Source: Auanema rhodensis (taxonomy: Eukaryota > Animalia > Nematoda). Taken from it: DNA of 64,000 bases. The translations under genes and the position numbers were made by a program. The notes beneath the pieces were generated by a model. The model saw nothing but the letters and a program-made list of their open reading frames with translations. It did not search any database and was not told the origin of the DNA. The DNA is taken from contig CAXKVF010000081.1 in assembly GCA_964057225.1 (NCBI GenBank), positions 248,001 to 312,000 of the forward strand, given 5' to 3'. Shown here piece after piece: positions 56,150-64,000 of this stretch (positions are counted from its first letter, which is position 1; every line of letters begins with the position of its first letter).

Positions 56150-59100
56150 ATAAAAATTTGTTTTTAGACTAATATGGACATGACGAATCTAATTTTGAAA
56201 ACCGCATCTCTTTATCTTTCACGTGAAGTGAGTTACATACCAAGTGCACATCACGTGTACATTTAATTAGCATAAATTAAAGTTCACGTAAATTTCAAAG
56301 TCATGGTTACCATGCACCAATATCAATAAATATTTGTTTTTAGACTAATATGGACATGATGAATCTAATTTTGAAAACCGCATCTCTTTATCTTTCACGT
56401 GAAGCGAGTTACATACCAAGTGCACATCACGTGTACATTTAATTAGCATAAATTAAAGTTCACGTAAATTTCAAAGTCATGGTTACCATGAACCAATATC
56501 AATAAAAATTTGTTTTTAGACTAATATGGACATGGGGAATCTAATTTTGAAAACCGCATCTCTTTATCTTTCACGTGAAGCGAGTTACATACCAAGTGCA
56601 CATCACGTGTACATTTAATTAGCATAAATTAAAGTTCACGTAAATTTCAAAGACATGGTTACCATGAACCAATATCAATGAAAATTTGTTTTTAGACTAA
56701 TATGGACATGGGGAATCTAATTTTGAAAACCGCATCTCTTTATCTTTCACGTGAAGCGAGTTACATACCAAGTGCACATCACGTGTACATTTAATTAGCA
56801 TAAATTAAAGTTCACGTAAATTTCAAAGTCATGGTTACCATGCACCAATATCAATAAAAAATTGTTTTTAGACTAATATGGACATGGGGAATCTAATTTT
56901 GAAAACCGCATCTCTTTATCTTTCACGTGAAGCGAGTTACATACCAAGTGCACATCACGTGTACATTTAATTAGCATAAATTAAAGTTCACGTTAATTTC
57001 AAAGTCATGGTTACCATGCACCAATATCAATAAAAATTTGTTTTTAGACTAATATGGACATGGGGAATCTTATTTTGAAAACCGCATCTCTTTATCTTTC
57101 ACGTGAAGCGAGTTACATACCAAGTGCACATCACGTGTACATTTAATTAGCATAAATTAAAGTTCACGTAAATTTCAAAGTCATGGTTACCATGCACCAA
57201 TATCAATAAAAAATTGTTTTTAGACTAATATGGACATGGGGAATCTAATTTTGAAAACCGCATCTCTTTATCTTTCACGTGAAGCGAGTTACATACCAAG
57301 TGCACATCACGTGTACATTTAATTAGCATAAATTAAAGTTCACGTAAATTTCAAAGTCATGGTTACCATGCACCAATATCAATAAAAATTTGTTTTAGAC
57401 TAATATGGACATGGGGAATCTTATTTTGAAAACCGCATCTCTTTATCTTTCACGTGAAGCGAGTTACATACCAAGTGCACATCACGTGTACATTTAATTA
57501 GCATAAATTAAAGTTCACGTAAAATTCAAAGTCATGGTTACCATGCACCAATATCAATAAAAATTTGTTTTTAGACTAATATGGACATGGGGAATCTTAT
57601 TTTGAAAACCGCATCTCTTTATCTTTCACGTGAAGCGAGTTACATACCAAGTGCACATCACGTGTACATTTAATTAGCATAAATTAAAGTTCACGTAAAT
57701 TTCAAAGTCATGGTTACCATGCACCAATATCAATAAAAATTTGTTTTTAGACTAATATGCACATGGGGAATCTAATTTTGAAAACCGCATCTCTTTATCT
57801 TTCACGTGAAGCGAGTTACATACCAAGTGCACATCACGTGTACATTTAATTAGCATAAATTAAAGTTCACGTAAATTTCAAAGTCATGGTTACCATGCAC
57901 CAATATCAATAAAAATTTGTTTTTAGACTAATATGGACATGAGGAATCTAATTTTGAAAACCGCATCTCTTTATCTTTCACGTGAAGCGAGTTACATACC
58001 AAGTGCACATCACGTGTACATTTAATAAGCATAAATTAAAGTTCACGTAAATTTCAAAGTCATGGTTACCATGCACCAATATCAATAAAAATTTGTTTTT
58101 AGAATAATATGGACATGGGGAATCTAATTTTGAAAACCGCATCTCTTTATCTTTCACGTGAAGCGAGTTACATACCAAGTGCACATCACGTGTACATTTA
58201 ATTAGCATAAATTAAAGTTCACGTAAATTTCAAAGTCATGGTTACCATGAACCAATATCAATGAAAATTTGTTTTTAGACTAATATGGACATGGGGAATC
58301 AAATTTTGAAAACCGCATCTCTTTATCTTTCACGTGAAGCGAGTTACATACCAAGTGCACATCACGTGTACATTTAATTAGCATAAATTAAAGTTCACGT
58401 AAATTTCAAAGTCATGGTTACCATGCACCAATATCAATAAAAAATTGTTTTTAGACTAATATGGACATGGGGAATCTAATTTTGAAAACCGCATCTCTTT
58501 ATCTTTTACGTGAAGCGAGTTACATACCAAGTGCACATCACGTGTACATTTAATTAGCATAAATTAAAGTTCACGTAAATTTCAAAGTCATGGTTACCAT
58601 GAACCAATATCAATGAAAATTTGTTTTTAGACTAATATGGACATGGGGAATCAAATTTTGAAAACCGCATCTCTTTATCTTTCACGTGAAGCGAGTTACA
58701 TACCAAGTGCACATCACGTGTACATTTAATTAGCATAAATTAAAGTTCACGTAAATTTCAAAGTCATGGTTACCATGAACCAATATCAATGAAAATTTGT
58801 TTTTAGACTAATATGGACATGGGGAATCAAATTTTGAAAACCGCATCTCTTTATCTTTCACGTGAAGCGAGTTACATACCAAGTGCACATCACGTGTACA
58901 TTTAATTAGCATAAATTAAAGTTCACGTAAATTTCAAAGTCATGGTTACCATGCACCAATATCAATAAAAATTTGTTTTTAGACTAATATGGACATGGGG
59001 AATCTTATTTTGAAAACCGCATCTCTTTATCTTTCACGTGAAGCGAGTTACATACCAAGTGCACATCACGTGTACATTTAATTAGCATAAATTAAAGTTC

Positions 59101-62100
59101 ACGTAAATTTCAAAGTCATGGTTACCATGCACCAATATCAATAAAAATTTGTTTTTAGACTAATATGCACATGGGGAATCTAATTTTGAAAACCGCATCT
59201 CTTTATCTTTCACGTGAAGCGAGTTACATACCAAGTGCACATCACGTGTACATTTAATTAGCATAAATTAAAGTTCACGTAAATTTCAAAGTCATGGTTA
59301 CCATGAACCAATATCAATGAAAATTTGTTTTTAGACTAATATGGACATGGGGAATCAAATTTTGAAAACCGCATCTCTTTATCTTTCACGTGAAGCGAGT
59401 TACATACCAAGTGCACATCACGTGTACATTTAATTAGCATAAATTAAAGTTCACGTAAATTTCAAAGTCATGGTTACCATGCACCAATATCAATAAAAAA
59501 TTGTTTTTAGACTAATATGGACATGGGGAATCTAATTTTGAAAACCGCATCTCTTTATCTTTCACGTGAAGCGAGTTACATACCAAGTGCACATCACGTG
59601 TACATTTAATTAGCATAAATTAAAGTTCACGTAAATTTCAAAGTCATGGTTACCATGAACCAATATCAATGAAAATTTGTTTTTAGACTAATATGGACAT
59701 GACGAATCTAATTTTGAAAACCGCATCTCTTTATCTTTCACGTGAAGTGAGTTACATACCAAGTGCACATCACGTGTACATTTAATTAGCATAAATTAAA
59801 GTTCACGTAAATTTCAAAGTCATGGTTACCATGCACCAATATCAATAAATATTTGTTTTTAGACTAATATGGACATGATGAATCTAATTTTGAAAACCGC
59901 ATCTCTTTATCTTTCACGTGAAGCGAGTTACATACCAAGTGCACATCACGTGTACATTTAATTAGCATAAATTAAAGTTCACGTAAATTTCAAAGTCATG
60001 GTTACCATGAACCAATATCAATAAAAATTTGTTTTTAGACTAATATGGACATGGGGAATCTAATTTTGAAAACCGCATCTCTTTATCTTTCACGTGAAGC
60101 GAGTTACATACCAAGTGCACATCACGTGTACATTTAATTAGCATAAATTAAAGTTCACGTAAATTTCAAAGACATGGTTACCATGAACCAATATCAATGA
60201 AAATTTGTTTTTAGACTAATATGGACATGGGGAATCTAATTTTGAAAACCGCATCTCTTTATCTTTCACGTGAAGCGAGTTACATACCAAGTGCACATCA
60301 CGTGTACATTTAATTAGCATAAATTAAAGTTCACGTAAATTTCAAAGTCATGGTTACCATGCACCAATATCAATAAAAAATTGTTTTTAGACTAATATGG
60401 ACATGGGGAATCTAATTTTGAAAACCGCATCTCTTTATCTTTCACGTGAAGCGAGTTACATACCAAGTGCACATCACGTGTACATTTAATTAGCATAAAT
60501 TAAAGTTCACGTTAATTTCAAAGTCATGGTTACCATGCACCAATATCAATAAAAATTTGTTTTTAGACTAATATGGACATGGGGAATCTTATTTTGAAAA
60601 CCGCATCTCTTTATCTTTCACGTGAAGCGAGTTACATACCAAGTGCACATCACGTGTACATTTAATTAGCATAAATTAAAGTTCACGTAAATTTCAAAGT
60701 CATGGTTACCATGCACCAATATCAATAAAAATTTGTTTTAGACTAATATGGACATGGGGAATCTTATTTTGAAAACCGCATCTCTTTATCTTTCACGTGA
60801 AGCGAGTTACATACCAAGTGCACATCACGTGTACATTTAATTAGCATAAATTAAAGTTCACGTAAAATTCAAAGTCATGGTTACCATGCACCAATATCAA
60901 TAAAAATTTGTTTTTAGACTAATATGGACATGGGGAATCTTATTTTGAAAACCGCATCTCTTTATCTTTCACGTGAAGCGAGTTACATACCAAGTGCACA
61001 TCACGTGTACATTTAATTAGCATAAATTAAAGTTCACGTAAATTTCAAAGTCATGGTTACCATGCACCAATATCAATAAAAATTTGTTTTTAGACTAATA
61101 TGCACATGGGGAATCTAATTTTGAAAACCGCATCTCTTTATCTTTCACGTGAAGCGAGTTACATACCAAGTGCACATCACGTGTACATTTAATTAGCATA
61201 AATTAAAGTTCACGTAAATTTCAAAGTCATGGTTACCATGCACCAATATCAATAAAAATTTGTTTTTAGACTAATATGGACATGAGGAATCTAATTTTGA
61301 AAACCGCATCTCTTTATCTTTCACGTGAAGCGAGTTACATACCAAGTGCACATCACGTGTACATTTAATAAGCATAAATTAAAGTTCACGTAAATTTCAA
61401 AGTCATGGTTACCATGCACCAATATCAATAAAAATTTGTTTTTAGAATAATATGGACATGGGGAATCTAATTTTGAAAACCGCATCTCTTTATCTTTCAC
61501 GTGAAGCGAGTTACATACCAAGTGCACATCACGTGTACATTTAATTAGCATAAATTAAAGTTCACGTAAATTTCAAAGTCATGGTTACCATGAACCAATA
61601 TCAATGAAAATTTGTTTTTAGACTAATATGGACATGGGGAATCAAATTTTGAAAACCGCATCTCTTTATCTTTCACGTGAAGCGAGTTACATACCAAGTG
61701 CACATCACGTGTACATTTAATTAGCATAAATTAAAGTTCACGTAAATTTCAAAGTCATGGTTACCATGCACCAATATCAATAAAAAATTGTTTTTAGACT
61801 AATATGGACATGGGGAATCTAATTTTGAAAACCGCATCTCTTTATCTTTCACGTGAAGCGAGTTACATACCAAGTGCACATCACGTGTACATTTAATTAG
61901 CATAAATTAAAGTTCACGTAAATTTCAAAGTCATGGTTACCATGAACCAATATCAATGAAAATTTGTTTTTAGACTAATATGGACATGGGGAATCAAATT
62001 TTGAAAACCGCATCTCTTTATCTTTCACGTGAAGCGAGTTACATACCAAGTGCACATCACGTGTACATTTAATTAGCATAAATTAAAGTTCACGTAAATT

Positions 62101-62835
62101 TCAAAGTCATGGTTACCATGCACCAATATCAATAAAAAATTGTTTTTAGACTAATATGGACATGGGGAATCTAATTTTGAAAACCGCATCTCTTTATCTT
62201 TCACGTGAAGCGAGTTACATACCAAGTGCACATCACGTGTACATTTAATTAGCATAAATTAAAGTTCACGTAAATTTCAAAGTCATGGTTACCATGAACC
62301 AATATCAATGAAAATTTGTTTTTAGACTAATATGGACATGGGGAATCAAATTTTGAAAACCGCATCTCTTTATCTTTCACGTGAAGCGAGTTACATACCA
62401 AGTGCACATCACGTGTACATTTAATTAGCATAAATTAAAGTTCACGTAAATTTCAAAGTCATGGTTACCATGCACCAATATCAATAAAAATTTGTTTTTA
62501 GACTAATATGGACATGGGGAATCTTATTTTGAAAACCGCATCTCTTTATCTTTCACGTGAAGCGAGTTACATACCAAGTGCACATCACGTGTACATTTAA
62601 TTAGCATAAATTAAAGTTCACGTAAATTTCAAAGTCATGGTTACCATGCACCAATATCAATAAAAATTTGTTTTTAGACTAATATGCACATGGGGAATCT
62701 AATTTTGAAAACCGCATCTCTTTATCTTTCACGTGAAGCGAGTTACATACCAAGTGCACATCACGTGTACATTTAATTAGCATAAATTAAAGTTCACGTA
62801 AATTTCAAAGTCATGGTTACCATGAACCAATATCA
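56150..62835 (+). repeat. about 19/20-monomer higher-order duplication (M320-339, M340-357)
   Basis: ATGACG+C80T monomers at 56150 and 59669; 1-bp T deletion+T144A monomers at 57382 and 60725; C20A monomers at 58085 and 61428. The spacing changes from 3519 to 3343 because one T8A monomer (M326) is missing from the second copy. Confidence 0.88.
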
Positions 62836-63772
62836 ATGAAAATTTGTTTTTAGACTAATATGGACATGAGGAATCTAATTTTGAAAACCGCATCTCTTTA
62901 TCTTTCACGTGAAGCGAGTTACATACCAAGTGCACATCACGTGTACATTTAATAAGCATAAATTAAAGTTCACGTAAATTTCAAAGTCATGGTTACCATG
63001 CACCAATATCAATAAAAATTTGTTTTTAGACTAATATGGACATGGGGAATCTCATTTTGAAAACCGCATCTCTTTATCTTTCACGTGTAGCGAGTTACAT
63101 ACCAAGTGCACATCACGTGTACATTTAATTAGCATAAATTAAAGTTCACGTAAATTTCAAAGTCATGGTTACCATGAACCAATATCAATGAAAATTTGTT
63201 TTTAGGCTAATATGGACATGGGGAATCAAATTTTGAAAACCGCATCTCTTTATCTTTCACGTGAAGCGAGTTACATACCAAGTGCACATCACGTGTACAT
63301 TTAATTAGCATAAATTAAAGTTCACGTAAATTTCAAAGTCATGGTTACCATGCACCAATATCAATAAAAATTTGTTTTTAGACTAATATGGACATGGGGA
63401 ATCTTATTTTGAAAACCGCATCTCTTTATCTTTCACGTGAAGCGAGTTACATACCAAGTGCACATCACGTGTACATTTAATTAGCATAAATTAAAGTTCA
63501 CGTAAATTTCAAAGTCATGGTTACCATGCACCAATATCAATAAAAATTTGTTTTTAGACTAATATGCACATGGGGAATCTAATTTTGAAAACCGCATCTC
63601 TTTATCTTTCACGTGAAGCGAGTTACATACCAAGTGCACATCACGTGTACATTTAATTAGCATAAATTAAAGTTCACGTAAATTTCAAAGTCATGGTTAC
63701 CATGCACCAATATCAATAAAAATTTGTTTTTAGACTAATATGGACATGAGGAATCTAATTTTGAAAACCGCA

Positions 63773-63851
63773 TCTCTTTATCTTTCACGTGAAGCGAGTT
63801 ACATACCAAGTTTCTCTTTATCTTTCACGTGAAGCGAGTTACATACCAAGT
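63773..63851 (+). other. 40-bp insertion: 39-bp internal tandem duplication (monomer offsets 58-96) plus one T at the junction, giving a 216-bp monomer
   Basis: TCTCTTTATCTTTCACGTGAAGCGAGTTACATACCAAGT occurs at 63773-63811 and again at 63813-63851, with T at 63812 where the consensus base preceding this segment is A. Confidence 0.95.
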
Positions 63852-64000
63852 GCACATCACGTGTACATTTAATTAGCATAAATTAAAGTTCACGTAAATT
63901 TCAAAGTCATGGTTACCATGCACCAATATCAATAAAAATTTGTTTTTAGACTAATATGGACATGAGGAATCTAATTTTGAAAACCGCATCTCTTTGTGCA

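Larger units (their letters stand above)
1..64000 (+). repeat. 176-bp tandem satellite DNA array (about 363.4 copies, head-to-tail, highly homogeneous; centromeric/heterochromatic-type satellite of unrecognised family)
   Basis: ATAAAAATTTG restarts at 1, 177, 353, 881, 1761, 2641 and so on, an exact 176-bp period with no net indel until about 29988. Later phase shifts are explained by indels of -2, -2, -1, -1, +11, -1, -1 and +40 bp (M364 starts at 63932 = 363x176+1+43). No unique sequence or orientation switch was seen. The centromeric/heterochromatic label is inference from monomer size and homogeneity. Confidence 0.99.

Noticed and set aside
57978-58208. 76-aa minus-strand ORF (MLIKCTRDV...)
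   Set aside because: It is translated satellite. The consensus frame stops after 34 codons, and the ORF exists only where C20A (TAG>TAT) and T119A (TAA>TTA) fall in adjacent monomers. It has no recognisable domain or gene context.
61321-61551. Second identical 76-aa ORF
   Set aside because: It is a copy of the first inside the 19/20-monomer block duplication (3343 bp = 19x176-1). Identity reflects recent duplication, not selection.
1-64000. CRISPR array or other repeat-spacer or information-storing system
   Set aside because: There are no unique spacers and no cas or other genes. The whole 176 bp repeats, and the ordered SNP patterns are explained by block duplications.
1-64000. A single fixed-period higher-order repeat across the window
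   Set aside because: Duplication periods vary locally (2, 4, 7, 10, 12, 14, 19/20 monomers) and each persists for only 2-3 copies.

Overview
The whole 64,000-bp window is one uninterrupted head-to-tail tandem satellite array. It has a 176-bp, AT-rich monomer (about 32% GC, counted by hand), with 363 complete copies plus a partial 364th, all in the same orientation. Consensus, phased at window position 1: ATAAAAATTTGTTTTTAGACTAATATGGACATGGGGAATCTAATTTTGAAAACCGCATCTCTTTATCTTTCACGTGAAGCGAGTTACATACCAAGTGCACATCACGTGTACATTTAATTAGCATAAATTAAAGTTCACGTAAATTTCAAAGTCATGGTTACCATGCACCAATATCA. Copies differ from this by only 0-5 substitutions, typically 1-2. I found no genes, RNA genes, transposon insertions or CRISPR arrays, and the two 76-aa ORFs are chance products of two stop-removing SNPs. 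Monomer size, homogeneity and array length are typical of eukaryotic centromeric, pericentromeric or heterochromatic satellite DNA. I do not recognise the family or species. Reading variants monomer by monomer shows (i) many local higher-order duplications of 2, 4, 7, 10, 12, 14 and 19/20 monomers rather than one fixed HOR, (ii) two sub-domains with different variant sets, switching at about 22.7-24.3 kb, (iii) a monomer rich in dyad symmetries with three TCACGT cores spaced 32-33 bp apart, and (iv) a few structural lesions, including a 40-bp duplication followed by a probable 30-bp deletion of nearly the same segment at the window end. Variants are named by monomer offset (e.g. C166A), Mn is the nth monomer, and all calls were made by eye.
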